DNA of 55,200 nucleotides, counting the filler, from Heptranchias perlo (lineage: Eukaryota): the NCBI RefSeq assembly GCF_035084215.1. It is 2 parts of 2 records of this genome, joined end to end, with 100 filler letters (N's around TTAATTAATTAA, not from the genome) between each part and the next. Parts side by side here need not be neighbours in the genome. Positions count along the whole stretch, not along the records: positions 1 to 28,137 come from NW_027139821.1; 1 more part is not named here. One strand, written 5' to 3'. The position numbers were made by a program, and so were the translations under genes. Positions within the stretch are counted from its first letter, which is position 1, and each line of letters starts with the position of its first letter. The notes beneath the pieces are model-generated. The model was not told the DNA's origin and did no database searches. It saw only the letters and a list, made by a program, of their open reading frames with translations. Shown piece by piece: positions 8,860 to 19,720 of the stretch.

Positions 8860-11390
8860 GAAATGTCAGCATAGTCAGTGTGTTGGGACTGCAGTATGTG
8901 GGAGTTTGTGGACAGTGAGACTGTCCCGGATTGTCACACTACAGGAAATGTCTCTGCCTTGACTCACTCCGGCTCAGAGTCGTTGAGCTGGAGTGCGAGT
9001 TCGAGACTCTCTGACACATGAGGGAGGGGGAGGAATATCGGGATAGTTTACTCCAGAACTCAGTCCCACCAAGTCGAGAGGTACAGGTACAGGAAGAGGA
9101 GAGTGTGACTGACAGTCAGCAGGGTTGGGGAATCTAGTGGAGGCAGGGAAGGAGGGGCCGCAGAGTCTGGTCCTGTCCAACAGGTACGATGTACTTGCTA
9201 CCTGTGGGGGTAAGGAGAAAGGCTGTGGGAGGGACAGTCACAATGTTCACCAAGGCACCATGGAGCAGGAGGCAGTCCAAGGGGGGAGGAGCAGAACAGA
9301 AAGGCTGGAGTTCGAGGGAGTCAGTTTAACGTTAGTTGTGGGGAAGCAACTCGAATCTGTCATTCGGGACAGAGTGAGTGAGCACTTGAACAAGTATGAG
9401 CTGATCGGAGAGAGCCATGGATTTGTTAAGGGTGAATTGTCTGAATAATCTAGTTGAATATTTTGAGGAGCTCACTCATAATGTCGATAAGGGAGTGTCG
9501 ATGGATGTTATTTCGATGGACTTCCAGAGGCATTCGATGAGGTTCCACACAAGAGACTGTTTGCAAAAATGAGAGCGCATGGAATTGGAGGCATTCTTTT
9601 AGGAGCATAGGAACAGGAGGAGGCCATTCAGCCCCTCGAGCCTGTTCCATCATTCAATCATGGCTGATCTGTATCTTAACTCCATCTCCCGCCTTGGTTC
9701 CGTAACCTTTAATACCCGTGTCCAACAAAAATCGATCAATCTCAGTTTTGAAATTTTCAATTGACCCCCAGTCTCAGCAGCTTTTTGGGGGAGAGAGTTC
9801 CAGATTTCCACTCCCCTTTGTGTGAAGAAATGCTTCCTGACATCACCCTGAACGGCCGAGCACTAATTTTAAGGTTATGCCCCCTTGTTCTGGACTCTCC
9901 CACCAGAGGAAATAGTTTCTCTCTATCTACCCTATCAAATCCTTTAATCATTTTAAACACCTCAATTAGATCACCTCTTAATCTTCTAAACTCGAGGGAA
10001 TACAAGCCGAGTCTGTACAACCTGTCCTCGTAATTTAACCCTTTAAACCCCGGGATCATTCTGGTGAATCTGGGCTGCACCCCCTCCAAGGCCAATCTAT
10101 CCTTCCTGAGGTGCGGTGCCCAGAACTGAACACAGTCTCCAGATGTGGTCTGACCAGAGCTCTGTACAGCTGGAACATAACTTCCTCCCCTTTGTATTCC
10201 AGTCCCCGAGATAAAGACCAACGTTCCATTCGCCTTTTTAATTATTTTCTGTACCTGTCTACGACCTTTTAGTGATTTCTGTACTTAGACCCCTAAATCT
10301 CTCTGCTCACCCAGTTCCCAGCTTCTCACCATTTAGACCTGGGTTGAACATTGGCTGGGAGGTTGGAGACAGAGAGTGGGGAGAAAGGGGATGTCCTCTG
10401 ATTGGCAGGATGTGACCAGTGGTGAACCCCAGGGATCTGTACTAGTCATGACTTGGATGAAGAATAGAGAGCTGGATATCCAAGTTTACTGACGACACTA
10501 AATTAGGAGGGACAGGAAATAGTGTAGACGGGAGCAGGGAGTTGTGAAGGGACAGAGACAGATTAAGTGAGTGGGCAAAACTGTGGCAAATGGAGTTCAA
10601 TGTGGGAAAGTGTGAGGTCATCGACTTTAGACCGAAGAAAGATAAATCAGAGTATTTTCTACACGGTGAGAAACTAGGAACTGGAGAGGAACAGAGAGAT
10701 TTGGGAGTCCAAGTACAGAAATCATTAAAAGCCAGTGGAGAGATACAAAAAGGATTGGGAAAGGCTAATGGAACGTTGGCCTTTATCTCGGGGGCTGGAA
10801 TACAAAGGGGAGGAAGTTATGTTCCAGCTGTGCAGAGCTCTGGTCAGACCACATCTGGAGACTGTGTTCAGTTCTGGGCACCGCACCTCAGGAAGGATAG
10901 ATTGGCCTTGGAGGGGGTGCAGCCCAGATTCACCAGAATGATCCCGGGGCTGAAAGGGTTAAATTACGAGGACAGGTTGTACAGACTCGGCTTGTATTCC
11001 CTCGAGTTTAGAAGATTGAGGGGTGATCTGATCGAGGGTGTTTAAAATGTTAAAAGGATTTGATAGGGTAGATACGGAGAAACTACTTCGTCCAGTCGGG
11101 GAGACAAGAACAAGAGGACGGAATCTTCAAATTCGAGCCAGGCCGTTCAGGGGTGAAACCAGGAAGCATTTCTTCACACAAAGGGTGGTGGGAATCTGGA
11201 ACTCTCTCCCCCAAAAGGCTGAGCATTCTGGGGGTTCATTGGAGCTTTCAAAACTGAGATTGATCGATTTTTGTTGGGTCAGGACATCAAGGGATATGGA
11301 GCAAAGGGGGAAAATGGAGATGAGGTTCAGATCAGCCTTGATCCAATTGAATGGCGGAACAGGCTCGAGGGGCTGAATGGCCTGCGATGT
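8860..11390 (+). mobile_element. Internally deleted, decayed CR1 LINE (ORF1 remnant, ORF2 RT and 3'UTR), interrupted by an antisense CR1
   Basis: ORF1 Cys-rich/zipper remnant VCWDCSMWEFVD...LRLRVVELECEFETL and LSNRYDVL; RT pieces VSLTLVVGKQLESVIRD, MDFQR..., SKFTDDTKLGG, WQMEFNVGKCEV and HFFTQRVVGIWNSLP; 3'UTR ends near 11385. Confidence 0.88.
9601..10335 (-). mobile_element. 5'-truncated CR1 LINE inserted antisense into the preceding CR1
   Basis: CVQFWAPHLRKD...LYSLEFRRLRGDLIEVFK...SRTRGHNLKI. The host RT sequence stops at AHGIGG (about 9590) and resumes at WVEHWL (about 10340). Confidence 0.9.
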
Positions 11391-11485
11391 TCCTCTCTCC
11401 ACTCCCACTCTCCAGCCCTGTGCCCCTGTCCGTCTTTCTCTCCCTCTCCATCTCCCCGCTCCCCAACCCCGCACCCCGGTCTCTC

Positions 11486-12124
11486 AATGCCCCAATACCC
11501 AGCCTGGCACTGAGCCCATCTCAGACCCCATTACCCACTGACCGAGGGTGAATGCCCCAATACCCAGCCTGGCACTGAGCCCCTCTCAGACCCCCATTAC
11601 CCACTGACCGAGGGTTAATGCCCCAATACCCAGCCTGGCACTGAGCCCCTCTCAGACCCCATTACCCACTGACCGAGGGTTAATGCCCCAATACCCAGCC
11701 TGGCACTGAGTCCCTCTCAGACCCCATTACCCACTGACCGAGGGTTAATGCCCCAATACCCAGCCTGGCACTGAGCCCCTCTCAGACCCCATTACTCACT
11801 GACCGAGGGTTAATGTCCCAATACCCAGCCTGGCACTGAGCCCCTCTCAGACCCCATTACTCACTGACCGAGGGTTAATGCCCCAATACCCAGCCTGGCA
11901 CTGAGCCCCTCTCAGACCCCATTACTCACTGACCGAGGGTTAATGTCCCAATACCCAGCCTGGCACTGAGCCCCTCTCAGACCCCATTACTCACTGACCG
12001 AGGGTTAATGTCCCAATACCCAGCCTGGCACTGAGCCCCTCTCAGACCCCATTACCCACTGACCGAGGGTTAATGCCCCAATACCCAGCCTGGCACTGAG
12101 CCCCTCTCAGACCCCATTACTCAC
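11486..12124. repeat. 65-bp minisatellite, about 10 copies, beginning exactly at the exon 1 donor
   Basis: Plus-strand unit TAATGCCCCAATACCCAGCCTGGCACTGAGCCCCTCTCAGACCCCATTAC(T/C)CACTGACCGAGGGT. Confidence 0.96.
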
Positions 12125-12173
12125 CTGCAGAGACCCCTCCACACAGAATGACCAGAACGATCAGTCCAATCAT
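12125..12173 (-). CDS. UAA: MHC class I heavy chain, exon 1 (signal peptide MIGLIVLVILCGGVSA|G)
   Basis: ATG at 12173-12171 in context ACAATG; 16 mostly hydrophobic codons ending VSA plus 1 nt; donor CAG|GTGAGT (12124-12119); phase 1 joins exon 2 to give the mature N-terminus GSHSLRY. Not in the ORF track (too short). Confidence 0.93.
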
Positions 12174-12319
12174 TGTTGACAGGCTGGGATGAGCAGTTTG
12201 TGGGAAATCCTTTTCTGGGAGACGGTCTCCTCTGTCCCTGTGCTAACACTGTACCTCCTGGTCTCTCCCTCTCTCTGTCTGTGAGCTTTGCCCAGTGCTG
12301 ATTGTATTAAACTAGCAGT

Positions 12320-12549
12320 CACTTCTATATTGATTGGTTGGACAGTCAGTTTGTGCCCAATCAGAATGAAAGCAGCCTGTGAATCAGCAAACTCCGGCCA
12401 GAGTAGTCCCAGAGAGTTTGTGTCGGTGTAAAAATAAACTGTCCAAATATCCTGAACCGTCCAATCAGAGAAATACTGCTCGGTACATGTTCAGTTGCCA
12501 GGGAGAATGAACTGAACAGGATTTGATCATTAAACAAGAAACTGAAAGT
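12320..12549 (-). promoter_or_regulatory. MHC class I proximal promoter: ISRE, S-like, X1, Y, second Y, CCAAT, TATA-like
   Basis: Sense strand: ISRE ACTTTCAGTTTC (12549-12538); S-like AATCCTG (12523-12517); X1-like CCTGGCAACTGAAC (12502-12489); 20-bp spacer; Y box CTGATTGG (12468-12461); second CTGATTGG (12364-12357); CCAAT (12337-12333); TATAGAAG (12329-12322). Confidence 0.8.
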
Positions 12550-12575
12550 AGTTTGTTGCAGAAAGTGACAGAGGG

Positions 12576-13195
12576 AAGAACATAGGAACAGGAGGAGGCC
12601 ATTCAGCCCCTCGAGCCTGCTCCCCATTCAATCAGATCATGGCTGATCTGTACCTCATCTCCATTTTCCCGCTTTGCTCCGTGTCCCTTGATCCCGTTAC
12701 CCAACAAAACTCTGATCAATCGCAGTCTTAAAAGCTCCAATTGTCCCGACATCCACAGCCTTTTGGGGGAGAGAGTTCCAGATTTCCACTTCCCTTTGTG
12801 TGAAAATGGGATTCCTGATTTCCCTCCTAAATGACCTCACTCTAATTTTAAGATGATGTCCCCTCGTTCTTGACTCCCCCACCAGAGGAAATAGTTTCTC
12901 CGTCTCACCCTATCGAATCCTGTGAACATTATAAACCCCTCAATCAGATCACCCCTCAACCTTCGATACTCAAGGGAATACAAGACAAGTTTCTCCACCC
13001 TCCCTTTAAACCCCGGGATCATTCTGGTGAATCTGCACTGCACCCCCTCCAAGGCCAATCTATCCTTCCTGAGGTGCGGTGCCCAGAACTGAACACAGTC
13101 GCCAGATGGGGTCTGACCAGGACTCTGTACAACTGAATCATAACTTCCTCCCCTTTGTAATCCAGCCCCCTCGAGATAAAGACCAACATTCCATT
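12576..13195 (-). mobile_element. CR1 3' fragment
   Basis: ALEGVQCRFTRMIPG, YSLEYRRLRGDLIE and SRTRGHHLKI; same 3'UTR as the 9601-10335 copy. Confidence 0.9.
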
Positions 13196-15736
13196 AGACA
13201 GACTGGTGAAATGGGCAGACACACGGCAGATCAAATTTAACACAGAGAAGTGTGGAGTGATGTATTTTGGAAGGAAGAATGAGGAGAGGCAATAGAAAGT
13301 AAATGGTACAATTTTAAAGGGGGTGCAGGAACAGAGAGACCTGGGGGTGTATGTACACAAATCATTGAAAGTGGCAGTTGAGAAGGCTGTTAAAAAAGCA
13401 CACGGGATCCTGGGCTTTATTAATAGAGGCATGGAGTACAAAAGCAAGGAAGTTATTCTAAACCTTTATAAACACTGGTTAGGCCTCAGCTGGAGTATTT
13501 TGTCCAATTCTGAGCACCGCACTTTAGGAAGGATGTGAAGGCCTCAGAGAGGGTGCAGAGGAGATTTACTAGAATGATTCCAGGGATGAGAGACTTCAGT
13601 TATGTGGAGAGACTGGAGAAGCTGGGATTGTTCTCCTTAGAGCAGAGAAGATTAAGGGGAGATTTAATAGAGGTATTCAAAATTATGAGGGGTTTTGATA
13701 GAGTAAATAAGGAGAAACTGTTTCCATTGGCAGGACGGTCAGTAACCAGAGGACACAGATAGAAGGTAATTGGCAAAAGAGCCAGAGGGGAGATGAGGAG
13801 AAATATTTTCGTGCAGCGAGTTGTTATAATCTGGAATCCACTGCCTGAAAGGGCAGATTCACCATCTTCAGCCAGAAGTGTCGAGTGGATGATCCATCTT
13901 GGCCTCCTCCCGATATCCCCACCATCACAGAAGCCAGTCTTCAGCCAATTCGATTTACTCCTCGTGATATCAAGAAACGGCTGAGTGCACTGGATACAGC
14001 AAAGGCTATGGGCCCCGACAACAGCCCGGCTGTAGTGCTGAAGACTTGTGCTCCAGAACTAGCCGCACCTCGAGCCAAACTGTTCCAGTACAGCTACAAC
14101 ACTGGCATCTACCCGACAATGTGGAAAATTGCCCAGGTATGTCCTGTCCACAAAAAGCAGGACAAATCCAATCCGGCCCAATTACCGCCCCATCAGTCCA
14201 CTCTCAATCATTAGCAAAGCGATGGAAGGTGTCGTTGACAGTGCTATCAAGCGGCACTTACTCACAAATAACCTACTCACTGATGCTCAGTTTGGGTTCC
14301 GCCAGGACCACTCGGCTCCAGACCTCATTACAGCCTTGGTCCAAACATGGACAAAAGAGCTGAATTCCAGAGGTGAGGTGAGAGTGACTGCCCTTGACAT
14401 CAAGGCAGCATTTGACCGAGTGTGGCACCAAGGAGCCCTAGTAAAATTGAAGTCAATGGGAATCAGGGGGACATCTCTCCAGTGGCTGGAGTCATACCGA
14501 GCACAAAGGAAGATGGTAGTGGTTGTTGGAGGCCAGTCATCTCAGCCCCAGGACATTGCTGCAGGAGTTCCTCAGGGCAGTGTCCTAGGCCCAACCATCT
14601 TCAGCTGCTTCATCAATGACTTTCCCTCCATCATAAGGTCAGAAATGGGGATGTTCACTGATGATTGCACAGTGTTCAGTTCCATTCACAACCCCTCAGA
14701 TAATGAAGCAGTCCGAGCCCGCATGCAGCAAGACCTGGACAACATCCAGGCTTGGGCTGATAAGTGGCAAGTAACATTCGCGCAAGATGAGTGCCAGGCA
14801 ATGACCATCTCCAACAAGACAGAGTCTAACCATCCCCCCTTGACATTCAATGGCATTACCATCGCTGAATCCCCCACCATCAACATCCCTGGGGGTCACC
14901 ATTGACCAGAAACTTAACTGGACCAGCCACATAAATACTGTGGCTACAAGAGCAGGTCAGAGGCTGGGTATTCTGTGGCGAGTAACTCACCTCCTGACTC
15001 CTCAAAGCCTTTCCACCATCTACAAAGCACAAGTCAGGAGTGTGATGGAATTCTCTCCACTTGCCTGGATGAGTGCAGCTTCAACAACACTCAAGAAGCT
15101 CAACATCATCCAGGACAAAGCAGCCCGCTTGATTGGCACCCTATCCACCACCCTAAACATTCACTCCCTTCACCACCGGTGCACCGTGGCTGCAGTGTGT
15201 ACCATCCACAGGATGCACTGCAGCAACTCGCCAAGGCTTCTTTGACAGCACCTCCCAAACCCGTGAGCTCTACCACCTAGAAGGACAAGAGCAGTCGGAA
15301 CATGGGAACAACACCACCTGCACGTTCCCCTCCAAGTCACACACCATCCCGACTTGGAAATATATCGCCGTTCCTTCATCGTCGCTGGGTCAAAATCCTG
15401 GAACTCCCTTCCTAACAGCACTGTGGGAGAACCTTTACCACACGGACTGCAGTGGTTCAAGAAGGCGGCTCACCACCACCTTCTCAAGGGGCAATTAGAG
15501 ATGGGCAATAAATACCGGCCTCGCCAGCGACGCCCACATCCCATGAACGAATAATAAAAAAAATTCAATAATAACTTTCAAAAGGGAATTGGATAAATAT
15601 TTGAAAGGGAAAACTTTGCAGGGCTATGGGGAAAAAGCAGAGGAGTGGGACTAATTGGATCGCTCTTTCAAAGAGCCGGCACAGGCACGATGGGCCGAAT
15701 GGCCTCCTCCAGTGCTGTCCGATTCTATGATTCTAT
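13196..15736 (+). mobile_element. CR1 3' half (second subfamily), split by a younger LINE at 13862-15562
   Basis: ERVQRRFTRMIPGMRDFSYVERLEKLGLFSLEQRRLRGDLIEVFK; resumes at about 15563 and ends in the CR1 terminal octamer GATTCTATGATTCTAT. Confidence 0.9.
13862..15562 (+). mobile_element. 5'-truncated CR1/L2-group LINE (RT domain, frameshifted) with A-rich tail
   Basis: NYRPISPLSIISK, QFGFR, ALDIKAAFDRVWH, GVPQGSVLGP and FTDD motifs; tail AATAATAAAAAAAA; possible 5-bp TSD ATTCA (13857-13861 / 15563-15567). Confidence 0.9.
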
Positions 15737-16370
15737 TGAGGGTCACATTCACTAAACTTTCACCTTTCAAATAAAATATCCACTTTTACTCACAGTGCTG
15801 AACCTCTCTGATTTCAATCTGTTCCTTTCCTGTTACTTTCAGTTCAATCTCCCATTTTTAATCAATATTTATTTTCTGCCACTTTTGCTCCCCTTCTCCT
15901 GTTGTGGCATCAAACGTTGCACGAAAGCACCTGGAGCAAGGGGTCATGAGAGAGGGGAATCAGCAATCGGAACGGTCTCAGATTGCCCGGTACTGGGAGA
16001 TGGGCCTGGAATCACTGCTCCATTTACTCTACACCTTCCTCTCTCCAACTCTCAGCTTTGATGGATTTGTGGTGCACAATGTCTGACCAGGCAGCACAAT
16101 TCAGGATTTGCCTTACTCTCCCCAGATTTAGAAACCCCTCATCGAGAGAACAAATAAAGGGTTAATTATACTGGGGATTAAAAACGTGTTTAATCCAGAG
16201 AGGTGAAAAGCTGCTGTAAAAATGTCAGGTTTCACTGACTGATGTCCTTGTCCATCAATAAATGTCTTTCTCAGTTGGCCCCAATGCAGTGTCAATCTGT
16301 CACTTCTCAAAGACAAGGAGGGTCTGATGGGACACGGGATTGGAGCAACAGCTAAAGCAAAAGAGAAAGG

Positions 16371-17492
16371 GCTCGTAAGAACGGGATATGACGCTCGACT
16401 CGTCGATCGACAGTTCCGACGGGCCACAGCGAAAAATCGCATAGACCTCCTCAGAAGACTAACACGGGACGCAACCAGCAGAGTACGCTTCGTCGTCCAG
16501 TACTTCCCCGGAGCGGAGAAACTACGCCATGTTCTCCGCGGCCTTCAACATGTCATCGATGACGACGAACACCTCGCTAAGGCCATCCCCACACCTCCAC
16601 TACTCGCCTTCAAACAGCCACCCAACCTCAAACAGACCATCGTTCGCAGCAAATTACCCAGCTTTCAGGAGAACAGCGTCCACGACACCACACAACCCTG
16701 CCACGGCAACCTCTGCAAGACATGCCAGATCATCGACACAGATACCACCATCACACGAGAGGACACCACCCACCAGGTACATGGTTCATACTCCTGTGAC
16801 TCGGCCAACGTTGTCCACCTCATACGTTGCAGGAAAGGATGCCCCGGAGCATGGTACATTGGCGAGACCATGCAGACGCTGCGACAACGGATGAACGGAC
16901 ACCGCGCAACAATCGCCAGACAGGAGGGTTCCCTCCCAGTCGGGGAACACTTCAGCAGTCAAAGACATTCAGCCACCGATCTTTGGGTAAGCGTTCTCCA
17001 AGGCGGCCTTCGAGACACACGACAACGCAAAATCGTCAAGCAGAAATTGATAGCCAAGTTCCGCACCCATGAGGATGGCCTCAACCGGGATCTTGGGTTC
17101 ATGTCACGCTACACGTAACCCCACCAGCGAATAAAAGTTATCTGTTTTTAATACAATGGGTCATTCTCTGTCTTTTCCTTCCGGATGTTTCTCCCTCTCT
17201 CTCTCTGTCTTTTGTTCTGGCCGTTTGTATATTCGGTGGTCCTGTAGGTAACATCTCTCTGTCTGAACACTTTGATTGCCTTGACAACGGGCAGTTGGAA
17301 AGATTATCTGTAATCACCAGGTCTTGTTCTCTGACTATAAATGCGAAACGTTCAAGGAATCCCACACTCACCTGACGAAGGAGATAATCTCCGAAAGCTT
17401 GTGATTTTCAAATAAAACTGTTGGACTATAACCTGGTGTTGTAAGATTCCTTACATTTGTCCACCCCAGTCCATCACCGGCATCTCCACATC
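16371..17492 (+). mobile_element. 5'-truncated Penelope-like retroelement: GIY-YIG endonuclease ORF and pseudo-LTR
   Basis: Open frame to 17118 with CHGNLCKTC, SCDSANVVHLIRCRKGCPGAWYIGETMQTLRQRMNGHR, VGEHF and GLNRD; downstream TATAAA (17337), hammerhead and AATAAA (17411). Confidence 0.92.
17368..17404 (+). ncRNA. Minimal type I hammerhead ribozyme in the Penelope pLTR
   Basis: Stem I TCAC/GTGA; core CTGACGA; stem II GGAGA-TAA-TCTCC; GAAA; palindromic AAGCTT in place of stem III. Confidence 0.82.
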
Positions 17493-17767
17493 ATTATCCT
17501 GGGCACTCGATGAAACTTCCCTCAATACAAGAGCAGTGTAAACACCGTCAAGGGTGGAAGGAGCTGGGGATCCCTGATGAGAGCAGTCTGAGACACAAGA
17601 CAAAATATCACAAGTAAAAAATGGGAAAAGGCCCAGAGAATGTCAGGACAGGAAGTCCCTGTTGTATTATTGGGAACGCTGTTCACCTGCTTCACAAAAC
17701 CTGCTGCTGATGTAACGTTGGGGTAAACGCTCTGCTCTACATATTAATGGAGGGGAATTCATGGAGA

Positions 17768-17978
17768 TCTTTACCCAGAGAGTGGTGAGAATGTGGAATT
17801 CACGACCGCATGGAGTGGGTGAGATGAATCACATCGATGAATTGAAGCTCGATGAGTACATGAGGGAGAAAGGAATAGAAGGATATGCTGATAGGGTGAG
17901 ATGAAGTCAGGTCGTGTGGAACAGAAACCCGTTGGGCCGAATGGCCTGTTTCTGTCCCTTCAATGTAATTCTATGTCT
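17768..17978 (+). mobile_element. Old CR1 3' terminal fragment
   Basis: FTQRVVRMWNS followed by GGGCCGAATGGCCTGTTTCTG...AATTCTATG. Confidence 0.75.
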
Positions 17979-18694
17979 GTAATTCATGGGCTGTGGCTGC
18001 ATGGTTTGAGATCTGCTCACTCTCTGTGTCCGTTCCTGTTTGTTCTTCCCTCCCTCAAACCTCTTAGTCCCAGTTATTGACATTCTGAAATGTACCCCCC
18101 ACAATGGATCTGCAATATTTACTAAAGATGGAAGGACTTGATTTCCTCATTCTTCCCTCCTCTCTCCCCAGAACCTTTCTGCTTGCTCTGTTATTTACAG
18201 GATTCTGAAAGATATTCCTCCCTCCCCTCCTTCTCACCATGGGTTTCTACTTCCTGTCCAGTCTGCAATGAGCAGCACCCAAACAAGTGGCCATTGGCCG
18301 TGCTCCGGACCTGACCGATTATCTCCAGACACAATCCAAGTAGCTCAGAAACACCTCCCTCTGACTGTGGTCCATCAGAGTGACTCCCGAAACCTCATCC
18401 CCCTCCCCAGGCAGCTCACAGTTTCAGTTTCGTGCCGATGTCTCTTTCTCTCTGGAGGATTCCCACAGCCCCCAGGATACGGTAACTGGTGAGTAAAGTT
18501 ACCCCACAATAGCAGGCACCCATACAGTTCTGGTCAAAGTTGTATGTTTTACTGGGCATGGAGCTTCTATTAAATGAAGATTACATTGCTGTATATAAAT
18601 ATAGAAATTGGGATGTACGACATTGGCTAACCGGTTAAACTAAATTAAAAAATGGAAAGCAGAAATCTTTTTATTTTTGATGTTTGTTCCAGTA

Positions 18695-19715
18695 TCATAG
18701 TAGTATGTTACAGCACAGAAGGAGGCCATTCGGCCCATCGTGCCTGTGCCGGCTCTTTGAACGATCTATCCAATTAGTCCCACTCCCCCTGCTCTTTCCC
18801 CATTGCCCTGTAGCTTTTTTCTCTTCAAATATTTATCCAATTCCACTTTGAAAGTTATTATTGAATCTGCTCCCACCGCCCTTTCAGGCAGTGAATTCCA
18901 GATCAGAACAACTCGCTGTGTAAAATAATCTTTCCTCATCTCCCCTCTGGCTCTTTTGCCGATCACCTTAAATCTGTGTCCTCTGGTTACTGACCCTTCT
19001 GCCACTGGAAACAGTTTCTCCTTATTAACTCTATCAAATCCCTTCATGATTTTGAACACCTCGATTAAACCTCCCCTTAACCTTCTCTGCTCTAAGGAGA
19101 ACAATCCCAGCTTCTCCAGTCTCTCCACATAACTGAAGTCCCTCATCCCTGGGACCATTCCAGTAAATCTCCTCTGCACCCTCTCTAAGGCCTTCACATC
19201 CTTCCTAAAGTGCGGTGCTCAGAATTGGACACAATACTCCAGCTGAGGCCTAACCAGTGATTTATAAAGGTTTAGCATAACTTCCTTGTTTTTTGTACTC
19301 GATGCCTCTATTAATAAAACCCAGGATCCCATTTGCTTTTTTAACAGCCTTCTCAACTTGTCCTGCCACTTTCAATGATTTGTGTACATACACCCCCAGG
19401 TCTCTCTGTTCCTGCACCCCCTTTAAAATTGTACCATTTACTTTCTATTGCCTCTCCTCATTCTTCCTTCCAAAATCCATCACTCCACACTTCTCTGTGT
19501 TAAATTTCATCTGCCGTGTGTTTGCCTATGTTCTCCTGAAGTCTGTTACTATCCTCCTCTTTATTTAATACATTCCCGAGTTTTGTGTCATCTGCAAACT
19601 TTGAAATTATACCCTCTATACCCAGGTCCAGGTCATTAATATATAACAAAAAGAGCAGTGGTCCTAATACTGACCCCTGTGGAACACCACTGTAAACTTC
19701 CCTCCAGTCTGAAAA
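18695..19715 (-). mobile_element. CR1 3' portion, same subfamily as 13196-15736, opposite orientation
   Basis: ORF 18766-19197 (KALERVQRRFT...FTQRVVLIWNSLP); upstream RT motifs KFADDTKL and GVPQGSVLGP on the minus strand. Confidence 0.9.
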
Positions 19716-19720
19716 AGGGA

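Noticed and set aside
5953-12124. CRISPR-like appearance of regularly spaced repeats
   Set aside because: Head-to-tail units without unique spacers, no cas genes, eukaryotic intron context.
14129-14905. 258-aa reverse transcriptase ORF as a functional gene
   Set aside because: Fragment of a 5'-truncated LINE with frameshifts on both sides, no endonuclease domain and an altered FTDD motif.
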